This document shows, piece by piece, positions 10,187 to 20,579 of a stretch of 64,000 nucleotides of DNA. Below the pieces are notes generated by a model, which did not search any database, was not told the DNA's origin, and saw only the letters and a list, made by a program, of their open reading frames with translations. Made by a program: the position numbers and the translations under genes. Origin of the DNA: Candidatus Hermodarchaeota archaeon (GTDB taxonomy: Archaea > Asgardarchaeota > Lokiarchaeia > Sigyniarchaeales > SOKP01); assembly GCA_048885925.1 (NCBI GenBank), contig JBHLLG010000004.1:41617-105616 (forward strand), read 5' to 3'. Each line of letters opens with the position of its first letter. The first letter of the stretch is position 1.

Positions 10187-10870
10187 ATGCTTTCAGATGA
10201 GAAATATAAAGAAATAATTAGAAGAGAGATTGCTAAACTAAAAAAGCCTGTAAGATTAAAAGCTTTCACCTGTAAAAGAAGACCCCCCAATGGAAGTCCA
10301 ATTAGAGAATGCATGGATTGTGGTCAAATTATGTCCTTGTTAAAGATCTATGAGGAAAATTCAAATGGGATGCTTAAAATCGAAGAAATGTGTATAGATG
10401 ACAATCCTGAGTTTTCCAAAATGTATGACATTCAAAGAGTTCCAACAATTCTCTTCATTGATGAGAATGGGAAAGAAATAATCCGTTATTTGGCAGCACC
10501 TCAAGGGGGAGAGATTCAACCTTTTGTTCAAGCCATTTTTGCTTTTGCTGGAGGGAACAATTATTATGAAGCAACAATTAAGCAAAATTTAGATCGAATC
10601 CAACCAAGTACCATTAAGATTATGCTCACAATGTCTTGTCCTTATTGTCCACAAGTTGCATCTATAGCTAATTTATTTGCGATTGCCTCAAGAGGAAAGA
10701 TAAGATCTGTCATTGTAGATATAATGGCTAACCCGGATATTGGTCAATATTATGACGCGGCAGGTGTTCCATATATAATTATTAATGATCAAAAAACTTT
10801 AGTTGGAATGGTTGGACCAAATGAAATATTAAGAGCTCTGATTGGAGGTAATATACGTGTTCAATATTGA
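10187..10870 (+). CDS. Protein disulfide oxidoreductase, paralog 2
   Basis: CMDC and SCPYCP motifs; paralog of upstream gene. Confidence 0.88.
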   Translation: MLSDEKYKEIIRREIAKLKKPVRLKAFTCKRRPPNGSPIRECMDCGQIMSLLKIYEENSNGMLKIEEMCIDDNPEFSKMYDIQRVPTILFIDENGKEIIRYLAAPQGGEIQPFVQAIFAFAGGNNYYEATIKQNLDRIQPSTIKIMLTMSCPYCPQVASIANLFAIASRGKIRSVIVDIMANPDIGQYYDAAGVPYIIINDQKTLVGMVGPNEILRALIGGNIRVQY

Positions 10871-11801
10871 TATGGATAGTATCGATTTAGATAAAATTTA
10901 TGATCTTATCGTTATAGGAGGAGGACCTTCTGCAATTGGCTGTGCAATCTATGCAGCACGATTTGCTATGGAAGTATTAATTGTTGGAAAAATATTTGGA
11001 GGATTAATTGCTACAACTCATATTGTTGAGAATTATCCTGCGATTACATCAATAAGTGGTCAGGGATTAATGGATATGTTTAAAGAGCACATGGATTCTT
11101 TAAATATCCCATATATATCAGATGAAATAAGGAGTATCAACAAAATTGATGATCATTTCGAACTTTATTCTTTCTTTCAAAAATTTAAAGCCTATTCTAT
11201 TTGTATAGCAACAGGTTCAGAGAGGAAAAAACTTGGAATTCCTGGAGAAGAAGAATTTGCGGGACGAGGAGTGTCATATTGTGCAACATGTGACGGTCTT
11301 TTTTACAAAGATAAAATAGTATGTGTAATAGGAGGAAGTGATTCTGCTGCCAAAGAAGCATTATATTTAGCTCAAAACACGAAAAAAGTATATATTATTT
11401 ATAGAGGAGAAGATATTAGAGCTGAACCAATAAATAAAAAACGTGTTCTTGAAAATGAAAAAATAGAGATTATTTACAAAACTAATGTTACTGAAATAAA
11501 GGGGGAAGGGATTGTAAAATCTATAGTTTTTAATAATGGAAAAGAACTCAAGGTTGATGGTGTATTTATTGAGATTGGATCAATTCCTAAATCTGATTTA
11601 GCTAAAAGAATAGGAGTAGTAATAAATGAAAAGGGAGAAATTAAAATCAATCGTAAATCAGAAACAAATGTTAAAGGTATTTTTGCTGCTGGAGATGTTG
11701 CTGATGCACCTTTCAAACAAGCCATAACGGGTGTAGCTGAAGGAGTTATAGCTGCTTATTCTGCTTTTGATTATGTTAAAGAAATGAATATCGAATATTG
11801 A
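10842..11801 (+). CDS. trxB: Thioredoxin reductase
   Basis: IGGGP, GRGVSYCATCDG, VIGGSDSA, FAAGDV; true start may be ATG 10872. Confidence 0.92.
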   Translation: MEVIYVFNIDMDSIDLDKIYDLIVIGGGPSAIGCAIYAARFAMEVLIVGKIFGGLIATTHIVENYPAITSISGQGLMDMFKEHMDSLNIPYISDEIRSINKIDDHFELYSFFQKFKAYSICIATGSERKKLGIPGEEEFAGRGVSYCATCDGLFYKDKIVCVIGGSDSAAKEALYLAQNTKKVYIIYRGEDIRAEPINKKRVLENEKIEIIYKTNVTEIKGEGIVKSIVFNNGKELKVDGVFIEIGSIPKSDLAKRIGVVINEKGEIKINRKSETNVKGIFAAGDVADAPFKQAITGVAEGVIAAYSAFDYVKEMNIEY

Positions 11802-11853
11802 TGATATTTGAATATTTTACTTAAATTTAAAATAGAAAAAAGAAAAAATGAAT

Positions 11854-12177
11854 TTACTCAACTTTTATCTCTACACTGTGAAACTCGGGCTCTTTAAAGG
11901 GAACTTCAACTTTTAATAAGCCATTTTTATAAGTTGCTTTTGCTTCTTCTGGGTTTATAGGACAACAAAGACCATAGGAACCTATATATATAGTATCTTC
12001 AGTTTCTCCTTTTATGAAAAAACTATCATCATGCATCTTAAGTTTAATTGATTCTTTCTCTACTCCAGGTAATTGTATTTCAATTTTGTAAATATTTTTT
12101 TCATCATCAGCCCAAGAACATACCTCTGGAGATGTTAAAAATTTTTCCGTTTCTTTTACTTCAGACAAATTTTTCAC
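11854..12177 (-). CDS. Small heat shock protein (Hsp20)
   Basis: LPGVEKESI...AKATYKNGLLKVEVP. Confidence 0.9.
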   Translation of the reverse strand: MKNLSEVKETEKFLTSPEVCSWADDEKNIYKIEIQLPGVEKESIKLKMHDDSFFIKGETEDTIYIGSYGLCCPINPEEAKATYKNGLLKVEVPFKEPEFHSVEIKVE

Positions 12178-12351
12178 CTTAAAAGTATAATTTGGAATAT
12201 ATTTATTAATTAATGCAACTAAAATAGCGAATTTAAAAGTTCTTTCTATAGATTATTATGAGATGGACTTTTTCTCACTTATTTTTTAGACTAAAAGGAA
12301 AATTTGTTTTTATTTTATAATATTTTTAAGTTGTTTTTAAGAAGAAACTTT

Positions 12352-13275
12352 TTAATTATGGAGTAAAACTGAGTTTGTAGATAATAGATCAGATAATTTT
12401 TCCCAGTATTCTCTTATTTCCCAATTTTGTCGATCTTTAATTTTTTCAGAGATTTCTTTTAAAATTTCCCTAATTTTAAGAGAATAAAAATAAGTTAAAT
12501 TTGAAGAGATTACAGATAACATATATTGCTTTTCTCCATATCTTTCTTTGTTATCAGGAAAAGAATCAAAGAATAAATATCCTTTATTTTGAATATTTTC
12601 AATATTAAGTAATATACTTTGAGCTTTTGTAATTCGATCATGTCCATAAATTGAAGTGGCAGCATGAAATAATTGCTTACCTATGGTGTTAATTGAATAA
12701 GGGAGATCTTTATCAGGAGGGTAAACTTTTTTTACAATGGGACCTGTAATATCGTCCCAATAGACCAATATTAAACATAAGAGAGGTTGATCTTTTTTAT
12801 TAATAGCTGATGTTATTTTAATATTTAATGATGAAAGTAACTTTTTTATCTCTTTGTCAATAAGATTAGATTTTTTAATTCGTTTTATTTTTCCAGAAAT
12901 TGATGCTAGTAAATCTTCTTTATTAAAGGGTTTAGTTATATAATCATCAACTCCTAACATTTTGCCCCATCGAATATCTTCAGGAGTAGATTTTGCAGTT
13001 AGAAATAAGAATGGAATACGATTCCAATGAGGATTATTAGAAACAACACTAAAAAAATCATAACCATCCATTTCTGCCATCATTATATCACTAATAATTA
13101 GATCGGGATTTCGTTTTAAGTCCGATAAAAGTTTTAAAGCATCTTTGCCATTTACCGCAGTTTTGACTTCATAATTATTATCTTCTAATAAGAGTCTTAA
13201 ATGAAATAGGATATCTTCGTTATCATCAACTACAAGTATTAATGAGTGGGATATATCTTGCATATTGATTTGCAT
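12352..13275 (-). CDS. Response regulator: receiver domain + C-terminal longin/uDENN-like domain
   Basis: VVDDN, ISDIMM, LTAK, YITKPF; C-terminal LVYWDDITGPIVKKVYP. Confidence 0.85.
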   Translation of the reverse strand: MQINMQDISHSLILVVDDNEDILFHLRLLLEDNNYEVKTAVNGKDALKLLSDLKRNPDLIISDIMMAEMDGYDFFSVVSNNPHWNRIPFLFLTAKSTPEDIRWGKMLGVDDYITKPFNKEDLLASISGKIKRIKKSNLIDKEIKKLLSSLNIKITSAINKKDQPLLCLILVYWDDITGPIVKKVYPPDKDLPYSINTIGKQLFHAATSIYGHDRITKAQSILLNIENIQNKGYLFFDSFPDNKERYGEKQYMLSVISSNLTYFYSLKIREILKEISEKIKDRQNWEIREYWEKLSDLLSTNSVLLHN

Positions 13276-13324
13276 AGCACTCTTATAGTGAAACTATCAA
13301 TTAAAATTATATTTAAATTTTACT

Positions 13325-15502
13325 TTATAGATTATCTATTCTTGGAAAAAAAATTGAAAAGGTTGTTTCATTTCCTAAATTGCTTTCAACAAAAATTTCT
13401 CCGTGGTGAAGTTCTATTATATCCTTTGCTATTGATAAACCTAATCCAGTTCCAGAAGTATCTCTAGCATTAGAAGCTCTATAAAATCTTTCAAAAATAT
13501 GAGGGAGTTCTTCTTCACTAATTCCTATACCACGATTTTTAAATTGAAATAAAGTCCCATTTTTTCCTTTAGGATTAAATCTTCCTTTGTAATTTTCAAT
13601 CACATTTATCTTGATAATTGTATTTTCATGTGAATATTTTATCGCATTATCAAGAAGAATTCGAAAAACTTGATCAATCCTTTTAATGTCCCCTTTCATA
13701 TTGATATCTTCATTAATATCAATTTGAAAAGAAATGTTTTTTTCTTGAGCAAAAGGAGAAAAGAATAATTCTATATCTTGTAATAATTTTAAGGGATTAT
13801 AGTTTTCTAAATTAAGCTCTATTTTTTTTTCATCAATTTGAGAGAGCATGAGAATATCTTCTGATAAATCTTTTAGAATTGAAATATTCTTTTCTTCTAT
13901 CTCAATAATGTAGTTTTGTAGTTCAGGGGTTAGTGAATCTTGTTTTTGCTTGAATAAATCTAAGGACATCATTAGAACAGTTATAGGTGTTCTCAATTCA
14001 TGAGAAACTGTCGATACTAAATTCTTAATTCTTCTTTCTGCTAAAATTCTTTCTGTGATATTAAGACCATAAATATTAAGATATTTTTTTTCAGTTATAG
14101 GGGTTATAGTAAACGAGTAAAATTGATTATTTAGTTCAAGCTCAACCTGTTGAATTATTTGAGTATGAAAGACTTCCTCGACTACATTATTTAAACTAAG
14201 AGGTAATTTATTCCCAATCTCAATATTAAACAATTTTTGACCAGCATCATTTATATATAGGACAATATCATTACCAACTCTTAATATTGGATTTGGATTC
14301 TCCGAAGGAAACTTTGCTATACTCTTAATTTCTTCTTCTGCTTTTTTGCGTTCAGTAATATTTCGACCAACTGCAACTATATAATTAATATCTCCTTGAT
14401 CATTCATAATAATTGATCCTAAATATTCAAAGGGTATTTTTTTCCCATCCTTCGTAATTAACTCCATTTGAACCGTAGTATTGCCAGTTTCAATGGCATT
14501 ACGTATAGCCTCTTCAGCTTTTATTAAATCTTCTTGACTGTAATAAGAATCAGGTGCTTTCATAGATAATATCTCCTCATCAGTATACCCACTAATCTCA
14601 TTAAAAGCTTTATTCCAGCTTATCGCTTTACCGTTCTTTGGATTAAATACAAAAAAAGTATCCATTTGAGCATTTAATGCAGTTGCCGTAAATTGCTCAC
14701 TCTGTTTTAATCTTGTGAATAATGTATTTAAGGGATCTTCAAGTCCCTTTTGGACAATTGCTAAATAAATGAGATAGAAAGAGGTTATCTTAAAGAGATG
14801 GCCTATTAAATTAGATAGGTCATATACACCAACATAAAAAGTAAAAGCTAACTCTGCTACTATAGTTGATAAAATAGAAAACATTTTCAGATGAAACGTT
14901 GTTAAATTAAGCCCTTTTCTATTTTTATATAATATTATTATAGATACTGCTAAAATTCCAATAATTATATATTCGCTGATTATCTTAAACTCGGTGAGAC
15001 CAATCCCTTCAATATAACAAACTGGAAAAACCCTAGCGAAAATTAATATCAGCAAAAGTGTAGTAACAACTGTATATCCAATTAACAGATGATTTGGATT
15101 AACTTTTTTATGCATTAAAAGAAATGCCATGAGAAATGATCCTGCTTGAAGATATCTAGCAGCGATCCATAATTGAGTAGGTAAATTTGCGTTATATCCT
15201 TCAATTATATTCATCCCCCTATATGCTAATGTATGGATTAGATCAATTGAGCCTATATATAATAAGCTAACCCCCAGAACTAAAAATATTGAGCTCTCTA
15301 TATTTTTTCGAGTATTCCATCCAATGACAAAAATTCCAAAGGCTATAACTACACTAAATAATTCAGCTATAGTATGAAATAGAAGAAAACTATAGAAGTT
15401 TGTTAGATAAATAAAAAATAATATTAAAGTAAAAACAATTATAGATGATTTACTTTGGTATCGCCTTGGAATTTCTTTTTTTGCTTCTTGCGACACAAAC
15501 AC
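13325..15502 (-). CDS. MASE3-PAS sensor histidine kinase
   Basis: FLLFHTIAELFS / QLWIAARY (MASE3), PAS, VSHELRTP H-box, NAIKYS, GTGLGL. Confidence 0.92.
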   Translation of the reverse strand: MFVSQEAKKEIPRRYQSKSSIIVFTLILFFIYLTNFYSFLLFHTIAELFSVVIAFGIFVIGWNTRKNIESSIFLVLGVSLLYIGSIDLIHTLAYRGMNIIEGYNANLPTQLWIAARYLQAGSFLMAFLLMHKKVNPNHLLIGYTVVTTLLLILIFARVFPVCYIEGIGLTEFKIISEYIIIGILAVSIIILYKNRKGLNLTTFHLKMFSILSTIVAELAFTFYVGVYDLSNLIGHLFKITSFYLIYLAIVQKGLEDPLNTLFTRLKQSEQFTATALNAQMDTFFVFNPKNGKAISWNKAFNEISGYTDEEILSMKAPDSYYSQEDLIKAEEAIRNAIETGNTTVQMELITKDGKKIPFEYLGSIIMNDQGDINYIVAVGRNITERKKAEEEIKSIAKFPSENPNPILRVGNDIVLYINDAGQKLFNIEIGNKLPLSLNNVVEEVFHTQIIQQVELELNNQFYSFTITPITEKKYLNIYGLNITERILAERRIKNLVSTVSHELRTPITVLMMSLDLFKQKQDSLTPELQNYIIEIEEKNISILKDLSEDILMLSQIDEKKIELNLENYNPLKLLQDIELFFSPFAQEKNISFQIDINEDINMKGDIKRIDQVFRILLDNAIKYSHENTIIKINVIENYKGRFNPKGKNGTLFQFKNRGIGISEEELPHIFERFYRASNARDTSGTGLGLSIAKDIIELHHGEIFVESNLGNETTFSIFFPRIDNL

Positions 15503-15614
15503 CTTTTTTGAATCTGAAATTTTATTATTCTTAGATCATATTTAATATTTTTTTCTATAATATTAAAAAATTCTTACATATTAAAAAAAGCTGAAATTAA
15601 TTACTGAAAATGAT

Positions 15615-16163
15615 TCAACTAATTGTAGATTTTTCAAACATAGCGTATATTGTTGTCTTATGAATCGAATAAATAAACTCTGGAGGAATAGTCTCTTTTA
15701 ACTTTTTTATAAAATCGTTAATAACTTTTTCATTAAACTTATCATCATATGCCAAATCAGGGTCAAATTTGTGCAGAAAAATAGAAAAATCGAAGCTACC
15801 AATTTCATTAACTGAATTAATCACCTTTTTCAAATAATCAAGTGCAATATTATAACGCTTGACGTCTTGAATATCAATAACATATATAATTTTATTAGCG
15901 CCCTTTACATATTTACTAAAATTATTAAAATAATCATCAAAGTAGGCCTTCTGACCTCCAAGATCCCAAATTGCATAATTTGAATTTAAAGCTTCAAATT
16001 CTTGTACATTAAGACCTTTTGTAGGCATCGGAGAATTAAAAGCAGATATACGTTTAATACCCTTTAAACAATTTAAAATTGATGTTTTCCCACTATTATC
16101 TAATCCTATTAAAACAATTTTTATAGAACCTTCAGCAAAATCGTTATTTTTTAATCTCTTCAT
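15615..16163 (-). CDS. Small GTPase, Rag/Arf-like
   Basis: G1 GLDNSGKT, G2 PTKG, G3 WDLGGQ, G4 HKFD, G5 TTIY. Confidence 0.9.
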   Translation of the reverse strand: MKRLKNNDFAEGSIKIVLIGLDNSGKTSILNCLKGIKRISAFNSPMPTKGLNVQEFEALNSNYAIWDLGGQKAYFDDYFNNFSKYVKGANKIIYVIDIQDVKRYNIALDYLKKVINSVNEIGSFDFSIFLHKFDPDLAYDDKFNEKVINDFIKKLKETIPPEFIYSIHKTTIYAMFEKSTIS

Positions 16164-16204
16164 CCTTTTTAAAAAAGATTTTCAAACTTTATATTTTCAA
16201 TGAG

Positions 16205-16540
16205 TTAAGTTAAAGTATCAATAACATCGACATCTCTTATATCTTTGAATTTTTCTTTGTAAAGAGTTCCTACTATTGAATTTATGCTCGATAGAAGAGT
16301 AAAAACATCCAAATTCTTTATCTTATAATATTTTACATTATCCTTCTTCTCAAAATCTATAATATTGTTTTCTGAGAGCATATTAAGATGTTTAGAAATA
16401 GTTGATTGAGATCTTCTTAATTCTTTTTGAATTTCTGATGAATTTTTATTATTTTTTCTTAATATGTCTAAAATTTTTAATCTTGTTGGATGGGCTAACA
16501 GCTTCAAAAATTCAATAGTATATTTTCTTAATTCACTCAT
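16205..16540 (-). CDS. ArsR/SmtB family transcriptional regulator
   Basis: LKLLAHPTRLKIL...SQSTISKHL..L. Confidence 0.9.
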   Translation of the reverse strand: MSELRKYTIEFLKLLAHPTRLKILDILRKNNKNSSEIQKELRRSQSTISKHLNMLSENNIIDFEKKDNVKYYKIKNLDVFTLLSSINSIVGTLYKEKFKDIRDVDVIDTLT

Positions 16541-16660
16541 CGATTTATTATAAGATTTTTTTTACTAGTTTTTAAAGCTTATTTTAATGGTTTATTAATG
16601 TTGCTTTATTAATAGGAGAAACACAAAGATTTAAATATGATGAAATCGTAATATTCTTAT

Positions 16661-16676
16661 ATCGTGGTATCGCGAT
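16661..16676. promoter_or_regulatory. Imperfect palindrome (candidate operator) in the divergent ArsR/Lrp promoter region
   Basis: ATCGTG-GTAT-CGCGAT, CpG-rich in an AT-rich gap, about 25 bp after a TTTAAATA TATA-like box at ~16630. Confidence 0.35.
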
Positions 16677-16732
16677 TTATGAATACCTTATCTTCAATAT
16701 TAAATGAAGAAAAAAAACTATTTTGAGAGAAA

Positions 16733-17260
16733 ATGATAAGCGAGAAAATAGGAATTGATGATATTGATTGCAAAATTATGGATTTAATTCAGAGAGCGCC
16801 AAATCTTACTCACACAGAAATAGCAGAACATGTGAATCGTAGTCAACCAACTGTAGGTATGAGAATTAAGAAGCTTGAAAAATTAGGTGTTTTAAAATAT
16901 CAAGCGGGTATAAACATAAAAGAAGCAGATCTCTGTTTTGCAAGGATTGAACTTCAAACAAAGAATCCAGATAATGCTATTGAAAAAATAAAGAAATGTC
17001 CTTTTCTTTTAAATGCATTTCGATTATCCGGAGACTCAAATATTAGTATTTTAACTATAGGCTTAAATGTTAAAGATCTTGATAGAATTGTAAATCAAAA
17101 TTTTAGAAATGACCCTGATGTTATTGATGTCCATATTGATGTAATTTCTGATATTGTAAATGATTTTGTCTTGCCAATGGACCTACAGCTTGAATATGGA
17201 GAATTAGTATTACATAAGAATTGCTGTGGTAAATGTAATTGTAAAAGCAGAATTTGTTAA
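16733..17260 (+). CDS. Lrp/AsnC family regulator with Cys-rich tail
   Basis: HTH RSQPTVGMRIKKLE, RAM domain, tail CCGKCNC...C. Confidence 0.9.
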   Translation: MISEKIGIDDIDCKIMDLIQRAPNLTHTEIAEHVNRSQPTVGMRIKKLEKLGVLKYQAGINIKEADLCFARIELQTKNPDNAIEKIKKCPFLLNAFRLSGDSNISILTIGLNVKDLDRIVNQNFRNDPDVIDVHIDVISDIVNDFVLPMDLQLEYGELVLHKNCCGKCNCKSRIC

Positions 17261-17275
17261 AAGAATTCAATAAAT

Positions 17276-17415
17276 TTAATCTATTTTTAAATCTTTAAAT
17301 TTATATAACGTATTACAGATGTGATATTTTTCAGATCCATCCTTAAGATTTTCAACTATAATAGATTTGGGTGTAGAATCTTTATCAATATATCTTGGTT
17401 GTCTAATTTACTCAT
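17276..17415 (-). pseudogene. Degenerate copy of the ferredoxin at 19403-19642
   Basis: DNA aligns to 19403-19660; translates IDKDSTPKSIIVENLKDGSEKYHICNTLYKFKDLKID vs INKDSTPKCVVVEDREDRCVKCHICTTACKLKALRID; internal deletion and frameshift. Confidence 0.8.
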
Positions 17416-17464
17416 TAAGATTATTCAAATAAAAGATTTTAACAATAAACAACAAATCTGACTG

Positions 17465-18562
17465 TTAGAAGAAGTTACATCCATAACATCTCTCATTACT
17501 ATATGCTTCACATCTTAAGCAATTTCTACCACATGGAGTATCTCGATTATCAATGTCAAATAAATTAATCGGGAAAAATTCTGGTTTAGATAAATCAGAT
17601 GCAAATATAATTTCTGTTGAATTAATTTGGTTTTTATCAACTAATAGACAATAATTAATAAAACTATTCAAATCATCAATATTTCTCCCAATTATTCCAA
17701 ATTTTAGATGAAATCGTCCTGTTATTCTTGATATTAGAAACACTCTGGGACATTTTGTAAATATGCTAACGAACTTTTCAATATAGTCATAATTTTTTAA
17801 TTCAATATTAACATAAGCTGCTCTAATACCAAGCGAATTAAAATTAATATTTCCTTGAATTTTCAATGTATTAGATTCTGTTAACTTTTTAATTCGGTTT
17901 TGTATGCCTGTATGACTCATTTCTAAATTTTTTGCCATTAAAGGTTTGCTTTCTCTTCCATCTAAATGTAATTGAAGGAGAATATGTTTATCAATATTAT
18001 CTAATTTTATCACTTTATCTTCCCAATCTCTTTTTTTTTTAAGTTTTTTCAGTTCTTCTAATTGCTTTTTTCCCTCTAATCTGGCATATAAAATAGGAGA
18101 AATATATTCTGCAATTTTCTCTAATCCTTTAACATCTTCTTTTGTATAATTTGATTTCTTATTAGCTACACTAATCATTCCAATAACTCTCTTTTGATAT
18201 AATAAAGGTACTGCTATCGCCCGATTCATAGGAATATGGCCTTCAGGTGGATTCAAAGGTTGATTGGATTGAAATGTTTTTCCCTGTACTATAGATCTAG
18301 CCCAAAGTCCGTTACTATTAGCCCAATCTCCACGAGGAAAAGCAATGTCTTTACTAGGAATTTCGCATCTTTCCCATACTTCCTTAGTAAATGAAGGTAA
18401 AACCAAATCACCATCTTCCTTTATATAACCAAAAATACCATAATCGCTCTCAATTACAGAAAGTATAATGGTTAAAACTTTAGAATAAACTCGATCATCC
18501 TCAAATCTAGTAAATGTTTCAATAATTTTATCTCTGATTTTTATTCCTAATTTTGGACTCAT
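17465..18562 (-). CDS. GAF domain + Lrp/AsnC regulator with Cys-rich tail
   Basis: GAF (PEGHIPM..AIAVPL..VIGMISVANK), HTH, tail CGRNCLRC...CYGC. Confidence 0.88.
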   Translation of the reverse strand: MSPKLGIKIRDKIIETFTRFEDDRVYSKVLTIILSVIESDYGIFGYIKEDGDLVLPSFTKEVWERCEIPSKDIAFPRGDWANSNGLWARSIVQGKTFQSNQPLNPPEGHIPMNRAIAVPLLYQKRVIGMISVANKKSNYTKEDVKGLEKIAEYISPILYARLEGKKQLEELKKLKKKRDWEDKVIKLDNIDKHILLQLHLDGRESKPLMAKNLEMSHTGIQNRIKKLTESNTLKIQGNINFNSLGIRAAYVNIELKNYDYIEKFVSIFTKCPRVFLISRITGRFHLKFGIIGRNIDDLNSFINYCLLVDKNQINSTEIIFASDLSKPEFFPINLFDIDNRDTPCGRNCLRCEAYSNERCYGCNFF

Positions 18563-18864
18563 TTATTGAAATTGCTCTTTTATCACTTTTATAAAATATA
18601 GACAAGAGTGTTACTTTTCATCATTTAAAAAAGATTTATGTTAATATAAATAAGTAAAGTAATTATATAAAGACATTAATTTAGACAATCTTACCGACAT
18701 TTTTGAGTTAATAATTTTTGACAAAAAGTTCAACTTAGGCATAATGAAGCTTTTTCTTTTTTTTTAGTTTCATTTTGAAAGTAAAAAATGAATAAAGCTT
18801 TATAAATGAAAGCGATCTATATTTTAAATAATAAGTCAAAGTTTTTACTCACAAAATTAAGTGA

Positions 18865-19392
18865 TTGTTGATGATAGCTGAAAAAATGGGCGTAGATGAT
18901 ATCGATTGCAGAATAATCGATTTACTACAGAAAGAACCAAATCTTACACATTATCAAATTGCAGAATATGTAAATCGTAGTCAACCTACGGTAGGAACAC
19001 GAATAAAAAGGCTTGAAAAAATTGGAGTATTAAAATATCAAGCTGGAATAAATTTGAAAGAAGCAGATCTCTGTTTTGCTCGAATTGAGCTTCAATCAAA
19101 AAAGCCAGAAAGAACAATTGAAATCGTGAAAAATTGCCCATTTTTACTGAATGCTATAAGGTTGAGTGGTGATATAAATATTAGTATTATAAGCGTAGGA
19201 TTAAATTATCTAGATATCGACCATATTGTTAATTGCCATTTTCGAAATGACCCAGATGTGGTTAGCGTCCACATCGATATAATCGCTGATGTTCTTCATG
19301 ACCTTGTTTTACCAATAGACTTAAATCTTGAATATGGAGAATTAGATTTACGAAATATGTGTAATGAAAGATGTAGGTACTATTCTTTATAA
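18865..19392 (+). CDS. Lrp/AsnC family regulator (close paralog of 16733-17260)
   Basis: Shared GVLKYQAGIN.KEADLCFARIELQ. Confidence 0.9.
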   Translation: MLMIAEKMGVDDIDCRIIDLLQKEPNLTHYQIAEYVNRSQPTVGTRIKRLEKIGVLKYQAGINLKEADLCFARIELQSKKPERTIEIVKNCPFLLNAIRLSGDINISIISVGLNYLDIDHIVNCHFRNDPDVVSVHIDIIADVLHDLVLPIDLNLEYGELDLRNMCNERCRYYSL

Positions 19393-19402
19393 TAATAGGA
19401 AT

Positions 19403-19642
19403 TCAATCTATTCTTAACGCCTTCAATTTACATGCTGTAGTACAGATGTGACATTTTACACATCTATCTTCGCGATCTTCAACTACAACACATTTAGGTG
19501 TAGAATCTTTATTAATAACCTCATAGATTCCTCTAAAACATGCTTCTTCGCAAGAAAAATCTTTGCATTGTTCACATTTGGAGGTATCTATATGATGGAA
19601 TTTATAACTTTCAATAGTGACTGGATCGTCTGCTTCACTCAT
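19403..19642 (-). CDS. 2x[4Fe-4S] ferredoxin
   Basis: CEQC....C...C and CVKCHICTTAC. Confidence 0.88.
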   Translation of the reverse strand: MSEADDPVTIESYKFHHIDTSKCEQCKDFSCEEACFRGIYEVINKDSTPKCVVVEDREDRCVKCHICTTACKLKALRID

Positions 19643-19763
19643 TATGATTATTCAAATAAATAACTCTTTTTATCTATTAAGGTTATATTCAATAACAAAG
19701 TCTCTTAATTTAAGAATAAGTTTAACCTTAATATTATTGATTACAGATTTTAAAACAAGATTC

Positions 19764-20432
19764 ATGGAATATTGTAAAAAAGTTCTTTTTGAAATACCAA
19801 ACCTTATGAAAGGTAAATTTGTATCAAGACCAAATAGATTTATAGGAGAAATTATGTACAACGGACAGATTGAAACTGCTCATATACATGATCCTGGCAG
19901 ATTGAAGGAATTACTTATTAAAGGAGTGGAAGTGTTATTTACACATTCACAGGGTAAATTGAAATATTATATTAAAGCTGTTCATACCAACAACGAATGG
20001 GTCCTTATTGATACCGCATTACATTCCAAGATTGCAATGAAAGTATTTGAGTATTTACCCGAAATTTCAAATGTGAAAGAAATTAAAAAAGAAGTAAAAA
20101 TAGGTAATAGTAGATTAGATTTTTTACTTGACCACACACCATTAGAAGTAAAAGGTGTAACATTAGTAAAGGATGATATAGCCCTTTTTCCTGATGCTCC
20201 TACTGAGCGTGGAGCAAGACATGTAAAAGAAATTATAGAGCATAATGGAATTATATTATTTTTAATTCTACGTAAAGCTAAAAAATTCAAACCATATCTA
20301 AAGATGGATCCTAAATTTTCAAAAATTTTAAGCCAAGCAAGAAAAAAACGTATTAAAATTTTTGCCGTTCGAGTCAGTTTTGATGGAAAAACTATCTATT
20401 ACAATGGGAGAATACCCTTAGATGATTTTTAA
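19764..20432 (+). CDS. sfsA: DNA/RNA nuclease SfsA
   Basis: RPNRF, HDPGRLKELL, SRLDF, EVKGV, FPDAPTERG.RH; ATG 19764 is the probable start. Confidence 0.92.
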   Translation: MEYCKKVLFEIPNLMKGKFVSRPNRFIGEIMYNGQIETAHIHDPGRLKELLIKGVEVLFTHSQGKLKYYIKAVHTNNEWVLIDTALHSKIAMKVFEYLPEISNVKEIKKEVKIGNSRLDFLLDHTPLEVKGVTLVKDDIALFPDAPTERGARHVKEIIEHNGIILFLILRKAKKFKPYLKMDPKFSKILSQARKKRIKIFAVRVSFDGKTIYYNGRIPLDDF

Positions 20433-20579
20433 TCAGCTTGTAAAAAAAATTGTTCATTTATTTGTGATTAGAACTTAAAATAATAAATACTAATTTTTTA
20501 TAAATTTATACTAATATTTTATAAATTGTAACCATTATAAATTATTAGAAAAGAAAGAAAATTATCTTTCGTGATTTTT

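Noticed and set aside
19617-19763. N-terminal extension of SfsA in the ORF track
   Set aside because: Overlaps the divergent ferredoxin start and promoter; SfsA similarity begins near ATG 19764
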